Assembly: GCA_025594325.1 (NCBI GenBank) | Contig: JANHCV010000006.1 | Span: 1,116,001-1,180,000 of the forward strand | Source: Blastocladiella emersonii ATCC 22665 | Taxonomy: Eukaryota; Fungi; Blastocladiomycota | Length of the DNA stretch: 64,000 bases | Reading direction: 5' to 3' | Part shown: positions 1 to 11,323 of the stretch, one piece after another | How the letters are laid out: each line of letters opens with the position of its first letter | How positions within the stretch are numbered: position 1 is the stretch's first letter | Made by a program: the position numbers and the translations under genes | The notes under the pieces: model-generated | What the model saw: the letters and a program-made list of their open reading frames with translations, nothing else | Told to the model about the DNA's origin: nothing | Databases searched by the model: none

Positions 1-307
1 GGCGCGCACGAGCGCGTGTCGGAGGCGAGCAGGCAGGTTCCGTCGTTGAGCACCATGGCCGTGGCCGTGACCATGGCCGCGGCCGGCGCCGCGCATTGCG
101 GTGCGTGAGGCGCCGCACGCCAGCCGGCGCCGCCTCCTCCCCACTCTCGTTCCCCCTCCGCCTGCCTACTTGAACCAGGCTCCCCCCGCCTCGCCCCACA
201 GCCTGCTCCGGCTACCCGCAACGCGCAACGCATCAACGCCCTCCACGCAGCTGCTCCCGCTCCCCTCTGCACCCACCGCGACACCCGACCCGGACCCACC
301 AGCAACC

Positions 308-3288
308 ATGGGGGCCCGCCGCACGGCCATCGCGCCCATCGTCAACAGCAAGCAGCGCCGCGTCACCTTCGCCAAGCGCAAGAACGGCCTGATGAAGAAG
401 GCGTGGGAGCTGTCGGTGCTGTGCAGCGCAGAGTGTCTGATCGTGCTCCGCGACGTGCGCGGCCGCGTCTTCCGCTTCTCGGCCTCCTTCAAGCCAGAGA
501 CGCTCGCCGCCTGCACCAGCGCCGCCGGCGGCGCCCGCCTCGCCCGCACCCGCGAGCCCACGCTGCTCGCGCCGCGCCCGCACGACGGCGACCCCGACGA
601 GTTCATTGCCCGCATCGCCGCCGGCCGCGCCGGGCCCATTGCCGAGTCGCGCCTACCCGCCTACGTACGTTGCACGCCGTGCTGCGCGTTGCGCGCTGGG
701 CGCCGTGCCTTCGGTGTGAAACGGAACGGGGTCCGCTAACGCGCGTTCGCGTTGAAACGCTCGCTGTGATCACACCCGTCTAGTACGACCGTGGGAACCC
801 GCCCACCGCCAACCCCGCCGACGTCGCCGCCGCCGTCGCACGCGGCCTCGGCGCCGAGGAGGAGCACGAGGAGGAAGAGGAGGACGAGGAACCCGAGGAG
901 GATGACGACGACGACGAGTTTGACGACGAGGAGGACGACGAGGCCGCGCCGCCCGCCGCAAAGAGCACTCGCGCTGCCGCCGCTGCGGGCAAGAAGCGCG
1001 CCGCGCCCGCTGCCCGTGCTGCCGCCGCCCCCGCCAAGGGCCGGAAACGGAAATCGTCGGGCACCGGTGCCGGCGCCGCACCCATTACGGCGTCCGCGCC
1101 GATGCTGCCGACGCTCACCGTGACGGCCCCGCCACCCGTCGCCACCGCCGACCTGCCCCTCTCGCACTCCATCTTCGCCTCCAACGTGCCGCTCACGCGC
1201 TCGGGCTCGCTCGCCCGTCGCCGCGCTGCTGCTGCCGCCGCTGCTGCTGCGGCGGCGTCCGCGGCGGCCGCCAACGCGCACGCTGGATCGCCGTCGTTCC
1301 ACCCGAGCGCGGCCAACCTCTCGCTCGCACACGCCATCCCGGGCCTCGCTCCGCCCATCAAGCACAACATCTCGCGCGTCGGCCGCCGCAAGGTGAGTCT
1401 GCGCCGCCGCACTAGTGCGCGGACTGCCGCTGCCATGGCCCAGATGCACCAGCAGCAGCAGTACGCGCTCCACCACCACCAGCAGCAACAGCAGCAACAT
1501 CACCAGCAGCCCTTCTACCCGGGCTCGTACCAGGGCAACGGCGGCGCCCCCGGGTTCGGCATAAACCCGCTCCCCGCCATGACGCCCGATGGCCTCGGCC
1601 TCGTCTCGCAACCGTCCTCGCAGGAGCACCAGATCGACTCGATGCTCGCCCTGCCCAACGTGTTCGGGTCCGCGCCGACCACCTCGGTCCCGCAGATCGT
1701 GACCTCGGCGCCCGCCGCCGAACCGCGCCGCCCGCAGTTCGACGAGGCCAACCTGCGCGCCGAGGCCCAGCTCGTCGCCAATTACTACGCCAACCAGTCC
1801 GGGTCCGCGCCCGTGGTCCGCGGCGACCAGCCCGCCGCGACGGGCGCGCAGGGGCTCGGGCGCCGCGGTACCATTCGGTCCGCGAGCGGCCCGCTCGACC
1901 GCCGCCCGTCCAAGCGCCCGCGCACCTCCACCGTGCCGCCCGCCGCCTCGACCTCGGGCAGCGGCAGCGGCGGTAGCGGCGACCATATGCTCGGGTCCTC
2001 GTCGCCGTGCTTCGCCCTGCAGAGCGGGTGCAACTCGCCCGGGCTCAGCACCCCGCAGCACCACCACCTCGGCGTCGTCAGCCCGTCGGGCCGCCTCCCG
2101 AGCCCCAACATGGCCCACGCCCCGCTCGCCCTGCCCCAGCAGCAGCAGCGCGCGTACATGCACCAGCTCGCCACCCAGCAGCAGATGATGAGTCCCGCAT
2201 TCGGCGCGGCCAACGACCCGCAGATGCTCGGCCCGAACGCGGCGGCAAGCGTCACGCCGCAGATACTCCTGTCGCCCGCCATGCAGCCCGGGCTCAACTC
2301 GCCGTGGGCGGGTGGTGTCGCGCCCCAGCAGCAGCAGCAGCAGGGGATCGTCTCGCACATGTCGCCCATGCTCCTCGCCACCACGAGCGCCGCGGCGCCG
2401 TCGTCCACGACGCCGTTCATGGGCCCGACCGTGTTCGGCACCACGCCGCGACTCGGCCCGCAGCAGCACCACCAGGTCAGCCCGTACCTGCTCCCGACCA
2501 CGGGTGGCGCGGTGAGCGGGAACATGTCGCTCGCGCCCAGCCCGTTCCTCGACGCCTCGGCCATAATGCAGCAGCAGCAGCACACGTTCCAGTCGCACCA
2601 GCAGCAGCAGCCGCAGCAACAGCAGCAGCAGTTTGACATGAGCCCGTTCGTCGCGGCCTCGACGATCCCGACCACGTCCGCGGCCTCGTACTCGTCGTCA
2701 TCGGGCGCGTCATCGACGTTTGCCATCCCTGCGCTCACGCCGGCCGCGTCCACTGCGCCGTGGCCCGCCGAGCACGTCCTGTCGGCGGCCCCGACCGGGG
2801 ACGGGTCCGTCGACTACCGCACCGCGTCGCTTGACTCGGGCTTCACGTCAGTGCCCACGCCGTCGGGTCCCGCGACGACGCACCCGCGGTTCCCGCCGAG
2901 CCGGTCCGAGTCGGCCGCCTCGACCGGGTTCCAGTTCGACCTCGACGGGTTCGACTGGACCGGCACGACCACGGGATCGCCGGCGCCCATGGGCCCGCCG
3001 CCGCCGACCAGCAGCGCTGCTGCCGCCGACGCAACCGCGCCCGCCGCCGAGTCGGCCACGCATTCCCGCTCGGCGTCGACCGACACCACGTTCCGCTGGC
3101 TCATGAGCCCGACGCCCGCGCCCAACGAGGCCGGCGCGGCAGCAGCAGGAGCGGAATCAAGCGCGGCAGCAGCGGCGACTCCGGCCGCGACGGGGTTCCA
3201 CACCGTGTCCGAGTTCCTCGGCGCGCCGCAACAGCAGCAGCCCCAGCAGCAGCAGCAGCAGCAGGCGGGCGAGAGCATGTCGTCTTGA
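308..3288 (+). CDS. MADS-box transcription factor, MEF2/Rlm1-type; exons 308-664 and 784-3288 (~953 aa), acidic tract plus long Q/P/S-rich tail
   Basis: ATG 308 gives MGARRTAIAPIVNSKQRRVTFAKRKNGLMKKAWELSVLCSAECLIVLRDVRGRVFRF (MADS signature). Phase-0 intron 665-783 (GTACGT, GCTAAC branch, TAG) joins the frame of ORF 1102-3288. Confidence 0.9.
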
Positions 3289-3358
3289 CCGACAGAGTCG
3301 CTATATTCATTCCATTGCTATCCAAACCACCTCATTATACGTAGAGCACACAAGTTTT

Positions 3359-3394
3359 GATTCCTCGCTGGATTCCTCGCTGGATTCCTCGCTG
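3359..3394 (+). repeat. Three perfect tandem copies of the 12-mer GATTCCTCGCTG in the MADS/Las1 intergenic region
   Basis: Read directly at 3359-3370, 3371-3382 and 3383-3394. Confidence 0.95.
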
Positions 3395-3525
3395 CTTCTC
3401 CTCCTTGACGACGGTGCACGTGACTGCGGGGCAGTCTCGCGTTTGGATGGCGCCTCGCTCTCCTTCTCTGGACACGCCCGCTGTACCGCGCGTCCCCCTA
3501 ACGCATGAAGCAAGCGAATGAACAC

Positions 3526-5137
3526 ATGACCTCCAGGCCCGCCCCCACACCGCCGCCAGGCCCGCGCCCGACCCTGCGCCTCGTGCCGTGGGTCGACGAC
3601 GACGAGTGGGCCGAGACGCGCGACTGGCTGTACTCTCACACCGACCCGGCGCTGCAGTGGCGCGGCGTCGGCCGGTGCAAGGTGTGGCTGAGCCGCGGCC
3701 GCGTCCCGCAGTCGGCGCAGGCCACGGGCGCGCTGCTCGAGGTCGCCCTGCGCGACGCCTCGGGCGCCCTGCACGAGTCGGAGCTCCGCGCGCTCTACTC
3801 GCTCGCCGTCCTGCGGTTCGTCAACGGGCTCGTCGATCTCGAGCAGAAGCGCGCGTTCGCCATGCCGATCACCGGGATCGCGGGCCGGCTCGGGCTCCCG
3901 CATGATTTGGTCGATTTGCGCCACCAGGCGACGCATGGGGCTGTCCCGAGTCTCGGCGTGCTCCGCCGCGCGTGCGCCGACTCGCTCGCGTGGCTCTGGG
4001 AACGGTACTGGAACGTCCAGACCAATCGCCTCGCCGAGGCCCGCGACGAGGTGAATGACGCGCTCACGGCGTACAAGAAGCAGCGCAAGGAGCAGCTGCG
4101 CGGACCGAGTACGGTTTTCTGGTCGTCGAGTGTATGCACAATGGCGGGAACTGACGCGGTGAGTAGCCTCGGCCGCTGCCCAGCGTGACCGCCCGAACCC
4201 CGAGGACGCGGTTGCCACGCTCGTCGACACGCTCGCGCCGCGGTCTATCACGCAGATCGTGATCCCCGCGCTCGTCGAGACGGGGTGCCTCGTTCCGAAG
4301 CTCGAGTCGTACGTGCACCCTCGCTGTGCTGCTCTCGCACCAAACGCTGACCCGTCGCAACTCTAGTGCCCGGCCAAAGTTCCCAAAAGACCTCGCGCCC
4401 AACCATTTCCGCCTGTGGCTCCCCGCGCTGACGGTCATCCAGCGCGCGCACGACTACTTTCTCGGCGAGCTGCTCACCGCGATCCTCGAGCGGCTACTTG
4501 ATTCCGTTCGGCCCGACGAGCTGCCGTCGTCGACCGACGCCGCGCTCTACGCGTGGTTCAAGCACCTCGTCGCGCTCGCGGCAACCGACGCGTGGTGGTC
4601 CACCGCCGCGGCGGGGCTCCCGCTCGATCGCTGGCGGGAACGGATCCCGGAGGCGGATCATCCCATGACCCTCATGCTCCTCGTCGTTGTCGGCCGACCA
4701 ACGCACCCGAACGACGCGTTGACGGCGCGGGCGCACGATCTCGTCACGGCGCACCTCGCCAACTCGGTTCGTCACCCTTCAGTCCGCTCCCACCCGTTCC
4801 CCCTCGCTCACACCTCGCCGTGTAGGGAACCACCACGCCCACTGGCTGGCGCGCGCGCTTCGCCGACGTCGACCGGTCGATCCGCGCCGCCTTCAACACG
4901 GCGTCCGCGTCCGTCAAGCGGCGGCGAACCAACAACAACACGTCGTCGTCGAGCCGACCCTCGACCCCGCAGCCCGCGCCGCCGCCCACGGCGGGGATCT
5001 GGACCCTCGCCAACGCCGAGTTCAACACGGTCCGCGGCAATCTCGCGCTCGGGCTTCTGCCGAGCGGGCAGATGTCGGATCTCAGTTTGCCGTACAGCGA
5101 CGACGACGAGGAGGAGGTGGGTGACGGCGAGTCGTAG
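3526..5137 (+). CDS. LAS1: Las1-like HEPN endoribonuclease (pre-rRNA ITS2 processing), about 4 exons
   Basis: RLVPWVDDDEWAETRDWLY...LWLSRG-type start, LYSLAVLRFVNGLVD, DLRHQATHG (HEPN RxxxxH), LAWLWERYW. Introns at 4109-4166, ~4310-4365 and ~4770-4825 keep the frame to TAG 5135-5137. Start could be 3505 or an upstream exon. Confidence 0.9.
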
Positions 5138-5366
5138 AGTGTGATTGTATACACAGTTTTGTATATCACTTGAGTTCATGGCGGGCTCATGCTCGGCTTC
5201 CCGCAGGGCGCAAAGCTGTCGGTACGTGCGACAGAAAGGTCGGTGAGGACGGATCGCTCATGCTCGCGCCGAGTGGGCAGCCGTTGGTTCCCGCCTTGCC
5301 GCAAGAGTTGATGATGACGAGAAGAACGAGGCCTTGCGCAAACTATAGATAGCTTTGTGTATTGTA

Positions 5367-6996
5367 TCACTTGACAACGCGGCGCAGCATAAAGTACCGT
5401 CGTGTGCCCGTCTCGAAGAACAGCGACAGGACTGTTGACACGAGGCACAGCGCCGCGACCACGCTCGCCGCCAGGTACACGGCCCTGCTGTGGTGCGTGG
5501 CCGATGCGACGACGGGCAAGCGTATCGCCTGCGCGACCTCGACCGCCACGAGCACGCCGAGGACCAGCAGATGCGTCCGCGGGCGCAGGCGTATTGTCGT
5601 GCCGCGTCGACTGCGTCAGGATCAGGTTGGTCGTGACCGACTGCATGACCGTGTCGAGGAGCACAGCCAGGATTACGCTGGCCATCGAGTGCAGCACGAG
5701 GTATCCCTCAAGCGCGTACCCGCGCAGCGCCTCGACGCGCACCGAGGCCGCCCCAACCAGGAGGTGCACGCCGTTGAGCGCCGCGGCCTGCACGTACGGC
5801 ACCCACCACTGCGGCAGGTACGGCGCCGCGTGCGCGAGCCCGGGCCACATGGCGAGAAACGTCGCCTGCTCGGCCGCCGAGTTGGCATTGGTCCCGCGGC
5901 CGAGGTGCGAGAAGGCCACGACCAGCACGATCACGAGCTGCGAGAGGAGCCCGCACACGGCCGTGAAGCGCATCCGGCGGAGCAACCGCCGGTGGTAGTA
6001 CTTGACGTACTCTTCCTCGTACGCCGGGTCCGGGAACGTGTAGAACAGCTCGCCGCGCAGACGGTACACCGTGCGCAGGAATCGGCGGACCCACGGCCGC
6101 CGCCGGCGACGCCGGTCGCCTTCCTGCGACTGCGATGGAATGGAGGAAGGAGTGTCGACTCGGTAGGGTCAGTGGCGACAGAGCTGGGTGACCGTGCCAG
6201 CGTGCTCGACGCCTGCGCGGACGCGTCGGGCAGCCATGGTGTCGGCGCGCCCACATCGCGGGATGGACGCCGTGCCGCCGCTGGGAGCGACAATCGAGCT
6301 GCCGGGAACAATCGTCGCCGCGGCTGTCGTGCTGGAGCTCGGTACGACCGTTGAAAGCGCCGGCGCTGACTGCTGCATGGCCACGTCTCGCCACGTCGCC
6401 CGGACCCGGGCCAGTGTCAACGCTGGAAAGCTGCGAGAGGTGAATCAAGGCGCCCGGCCGCGCTGCGATGCGCGGTGCAGCAGGAGCGGCGGCGGCGGGT
6501 TGGGTCTTGGATGGTGGCGCGGCGCGACCGCGCGCTATGCTCGCAGCTGGAGTCGACGGGGCGATGAGGATGCTCGGAGGAGCAGCAGTGTCCGGTGAGC
6601 GTCGGTAACCGGCCGAGGATGCGGAGGCGGATCGGGCGATAGCCAGCCGCGAGGGCGCGGAGGGCGTTGATCCGACGGCCAATTCGAGAACAGGACGGGA
6701 AAATTGGTCATGCTCGCGATGGTCCGCGGGGTTAGACTCGACCGAGGACTGCCGAGCTGTGGCAGTTGCGCCGTGGTCAAACGCTGGGACTGAACGGCGA
6801 CCGTGGCCGCCCTCTGCTGGAGGTTGAAGTAGAAGGTGATCCGAGCAAGAAAGTCGCGCTGGTACAAGCCGTACCCGCTCTTGAAGAAGATATCGAGTAC
6901 GTTGAAGTCGAACAGCCATATCCACGACGCCAGCGAGTGGTTGGACGCAAAGCCGAGCACCACAATGGCGCCAATGAGCGCGAATCCGATCGGCAT
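5367..6996 (-). pseudogene. Copy A of the double-6TM cyclase-anchor-like family; 5'-truncated and frameshifted
   Basis: Homologous pieces lie in different frames (MPIGFALIG...GLYQRDFLARITFY in 6535-7266; MYRLRGELFYTFPDPAYEEEY in 5176-6069; FFETGTRRYFMLRR in 5367-5555). A small deletion after QSTRH shifts the frame near 5600; no exon 1/2 homology upstream of ~7000. Confidence 0.8.
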
Positions 6997-7365
6997 GCAA
7001 CTGGTTAGAGTTGATGGCAACTGGTTGGCCCGTTGCAAGATCAGCTCGACCCCAGGCCAGGCGCGACGGCGGGTGCGAGGCGCGTGAACCGCCACCCGGT
7101 TCCAGTGTGGGGACACGCTTGCCCCCGGATCCTTTGCAGCAGGTGACAATTGAACGAGCACGCGGCCTTGACCGAAAAGGCGGCACGGCCTCGCCCTCGC
7201 CCTCGCGCGCGAGACATTCCTCACGTGATGTCTCCTCGCAGTGGCGCATCGCGTCGTCGCTATCACGGGGGTGGCGCAATGCTAAAGCGTCTGCACGACG
7301 ACCGAGTAACACTCTGCTCGAGGATATCATCAGGCGAGAATAACGTTTAGGTCTTAAATACATTA

Positions 7366-10300
7366 CTAGTGAGCTAACTGACGCAGCATAAAGTACCGCC
7401 GCGTGCCCGTCTCGAAGAACTGCGACAGGACCGTTGATACGAGGCACAGCGCCGCGACCGCAGTCGCCGACAGGAACACAGAGGTATCGTGGTGCGTCTC
7501 CGGCGCAAGGGAACGTAATCGCGCCGCCTGCGCGGCCTCAGCGACCACCAGCATCCCGAGAACAACAAGGTGCGTCCGCGGGCGCATGCGCAGTGTCGTG
7601 GTCGCGAACACGATGGCGAGAACCTGGTGCCGCGTCGACTGCGTCGGGATGAAGCTGCTCGTCACCGACTGCATCACCGTATCAATCAAAATGATCAGCA
7701 GCACGCTTACCATCGAGTGCAAAATCAGGTACCCCTCGAGCGCACGTCCGCGCATCAACGGCACGTACGCGGCGACCGCAGCGATGACCAGGTGTACGCC
7801 GTTGAGCGCCGTGGCGTGCGCGTACGGCACCCACCACTGCGTCAGGTACGGCGCGACGCGCGCGACGACGGGCCACGCCGTCGCAAACGCGGCGTGGTCG
7901 GCCGCAGACATGCCGTTCCCAGCGGTGCGCCCGAGCTGCGAGAAGGCCATGACCAGGCCGATCACGAGCTGCGACAGCATTCCGGCCGCACCCGTGATGC
8001 GCATGCGGCGGAGCAGCGTGCGGTGGTAGTACCGTAGGTACTCGGCCTCGTATACCGGGTCCGGGAACGAGTAGAAAAGCTCGCCGCGGAGTCGGTACAT
8101 GATGCGGAGGACGCGGCGGACCCACGGCCGGTGACGGCGGGGGCGCCGGCCGTGCTCGCGCGGCACCGAGCCCGCGCCGCCGAGAAGCTCGGAGGCCGGC
8201 GGAGAGTAAAGCGTCGAGTCGGTTGGGCTGCTCCACATGGCTGCGGCTGAGGCTGGAAGGCTGGCAGAAGCGGCGAAGTCGGGGCCCCGCGTCAGAGTGC
8301 TGGATGCAGACTCGCTAGGTTCGGCTGGCCGCGGCGGCTGCGTAGGCAGAGGCAAGGCGGTAGCCCTGCGCTCGAGCCAACGCGACCATAACGCGGGATG
8401 AACGACGACGCCGCCGCGTTTACCGCCACCAGAAGGAAAACCCGGGGCAGCGAGCTGGATGGAACCACCCGGCGGACTGCGGGTTCCAGCGCCGGGCCGA
8501 GGAGTAGCAACGGGACTGATCACGGCGGCCATATCGGCTACAGCGGCCACAGGGAGCGCCGGAGCCGAATGCTGCATGGACGGCGCTTCCACGACGGTGC
8601 TGGCCGTGGGCGAGCTGCTGAGTTCCCCGACGGACCGGGACATGGTGGCGAGCGACGAGTGCATGGTCCGCGGGAGCGTCATCAGCATGGAGATATCGAG
8701 CTCCGATCCAGCGGAAATGTGGATCTCGGGTGCCGCGGCCGGGTCGCCGCCATCGTCGACCTGGGGCCCGCCGTCAAGACGCGAAATGTGGACGGCATCG
8801 ACCAAATGACCGGCGCTCGTCGCCCGCACGGGATGTACGACCACGTCTCTCGCCACACTCGAGTCGCTGCCTGGAAACCGAGTGACACGGATGGCGGGAG
8901 CTGGAGCAAAGCGCGGCGCAACGGTTGAAGGTGTAGCGGGAAGGGCGGCCGCACTGCTGACGGGTAACGAAGGTGTCAAGCTGCTTGGACTCGGTACGGG
9001 AGATGCCGATGTTGGCGAGCTGACGGAAATGGCGGGGGTGAACGTGGGAGCGGCGAAGGAGAGGGCAGGCGGTGCACACCCGTCTGTTGTCGACGGTGAA
9101 CCAGGCGCATGCAATGCCACGCACAAGTCAGTCACGACGGGCAACTGCTCGGGCGACGCGAGATGAGCCGCCATCAAACGCTGCTGCTGCGACTGCGCCA
9201 TCGCCGCCGCGGCGGCCTGCTGGACGTTGAGGTAAAAGGTTATGCGTGAGAAAAAGTCGCGCTGGTAGAGCCCGTAGCAGGACTTGATGAAGACATCAAG
9301 CAAGTTGAAGACAAAGAGCCAGACCCACGAGTCGGGCGCCTTGTTGAAGACAAGGCCCACGATCACGATGAGGCCGATCAGCGTAAACCCAACCGGCACG
9401 GCGTAAATGAAGAGGACGCTCGATGCACCGACAAAAAGGTAGAACGAGATCGAGGTCGTGGTCATCCAGAACCGCAGCAGAGCGTCGAGCTCGGCCGCGT
9501 CCCGCTCGCTACATACCGCCGCGAATTCGCGGCCAGGAGAAAGCAGGGCGTGGTCGTCCATGGTATGACAAGTGATTGGACACATGCACGCCGCGGCCTC
9601 GAGTAAAAAGGCGAGCAGCGTGAAGGCAATAAAGCAGTTACGCCTCCGCGTCACGGAAAGCAGACGATTACTGAAGATGGACGAGAGAAGGAGGGCGTGC
9701 AGCACGGCTACCACCTGGTACGCAAGGACGACGCCGAGTTGGCACGAGTCGCAGCTGCCAGTGATAGCAGGGCACGCGGCGAGAACCGCCTGGTACCTTC
9801 GGTAGGTGCTCATCATGAGCGCCATCCGAGCGCACACAATCGGAAGGAGTGCGCACTAAACGGAACGGCCGTCAGTCCATGGCGAGGAGCAAAGGCAGAC
9901 CGTGACTAGGTGTACCGTCATTACGAGTATGATCGAACTGCTCGCCCGAGTCCGCGCCTCGGTGTACTTTGCCTCGGTGGACCGCCGCGCGAACAGTAAC
10001 GTCCAAAGCGAGAGCGGCGAACCGCTCATGCCCTTGACGATATCGATGGCCGAGCCAAACATAGCTCGTGTGATTGCCCACGTTTCGCCGTGATCAGGCG
10101 CCGCGTCCAGTTTGACGCGGGTCACGGGGACAGCATCGAGCGACATTGAGAGGAGCGCGCTTGGCGACAAGGACGCGGAGCTGAGCTCGGCTGGAGAGCC
10201 GGGGAGCCCAGGAAGTTCAAGTTGCTGCGACACCTTTTGATTCAGAGGGCTCTCGGTCGCGATCTTGGGTTCTTCGTGCGTCAAAGGCTGAGAAGCCTCT

Positions 10301-10732
10301 ACAAGAGCGTGTCGATCGCATTAGAGAAGCACGCGCGACAAGCAGGTCACGAGATTGGTGTGTACCTGCGTCAAAAGAAGTCGGTTCCGCGATACGAGAC
10401 ACCGAGCGAAGAAGCATAAGCGACGGTGCGCGGGTGGCGGTCGCAAACGCAGCGAGTGTTGAGCGGGTCGTCGACTTGGTTGATGACTCATGTTGACTGT
10501 GTGCAGATTTGAACGATGCAGAGCCCCTTGATCCATCCAATGACGTTCGAGAAGCTCCAAATGGCAGGCTGGATGAGCCAGGGATCGGAACCGGCGAAGC
10601 ATAAGAACTGCGGGTCCGCGTAGAGACGTGTGACTCCGCCGAAAGTGCGTCTCGCCTTGCGGTGGCCGTCAGCGAGGGCGGAGTCAACTGCGGTGCCCCG
10701 TCGCCAGGTGACTGCATGTGGTGTTGATTCAT
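7366..10732 (-). CDS. Copy B of the double-6TM cyclase-anchor-like membrane protein; exons 10732-10366, 10298-9916, 9855-7366 (~1079 aa)
   Basis: Introns 10299-10365 (GTACAC..TAG) and 9856-9915 (GTACAC..ACTGAC..TAG) join three track ORFs in frame; colinear homology to copy D. Confidence 0.75.
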
Positions 10733-10981
10733 GGGGAGTTACATTGAGTGGTTCATGTGGAGATTTAACATAGAGATCAAGCAAGAGATGACGCGTTGTT
10801 CGATCAAGCGACACTCTCGGACTACGAGGCACGGTGCCGCACGTTCACGGATCGGGTCCCGAAGCAGCTATCTGTCTCAGGGCGAGTGGCCGCGGCAAAA
10901 ACCAGAGCACACAGGGCTACCTTGGAACACGGATCCGGCCGCTGTGTTTTTGTTTCGCAAACAAACCCAGATCCGAGGATT

Positions 10982-11039
10982 TCAAGCCCCAGTTCGGACT
11001 GCGAGACGGTCAAGCCCCCACTTCGGACTGCGAGACGGG
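10982..11039 (+). repeat. Two-copy ~29-bp direct tandem repeat (TCAAGCCCC(C)A-S-TTCGGACTGCGAGACGG) upstream of copy B
   Basis: Read directly in lines 10981-11040. Confidence 0.85.
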
Positions 11040-11185
11040 CCGCACCTGCCGACCCAGAGCCGAGGTCCGTGCATCTCCCACGGTTTTCAGCTGGTCCCCA
11101 TGACCCCGTGTTGAGTCGAAGTCGATCGGGAGGCATTGTCCTCGATTTACGCTCCCGCGAGCCGCGCGAGCCGGCAACCACGTGT

Positions 11186-11240
11186 TGTCTCACAAGTGGC
11201 GCAACGCGACGCGTCGGTCACGTGGGTGGCGCAGCACGTG
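11186..11240. repeat. Conserved non-coding element with core GTCGGTCACG-N3-GTGGCGCAGC; other copies at 7256-7280, 14565-14587 and 15151-15173
   Basis: Visual alignment of four copies, each lying just downstream of the stop codon of an array member. Confidence 0.8.
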
Positions 11241-11323
11241 GCAGTGACTCGAAAATTCTCGACCGTCACGTCGCTTTCCATCACTGTTTTGGCTAGCGTT
11301 AAAGCTACACATTCACATAGGAC

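Noticed and set aside
1393-1443. GTGAGT donor-like site inside the MADS gene
   Set aside because: No convincing branch point, and the frame is open without splicing; unresolved without RNA data.
3359-11039. CRISPR-like or transposon-terminal interpretation of the short repeats at 3359 and 10982
   Set aside because: They are head-to-tail tandem copies without unique spacers, with no cas or transposase ORFs and no TIR/TSD pairs; the context is eukaryotic.
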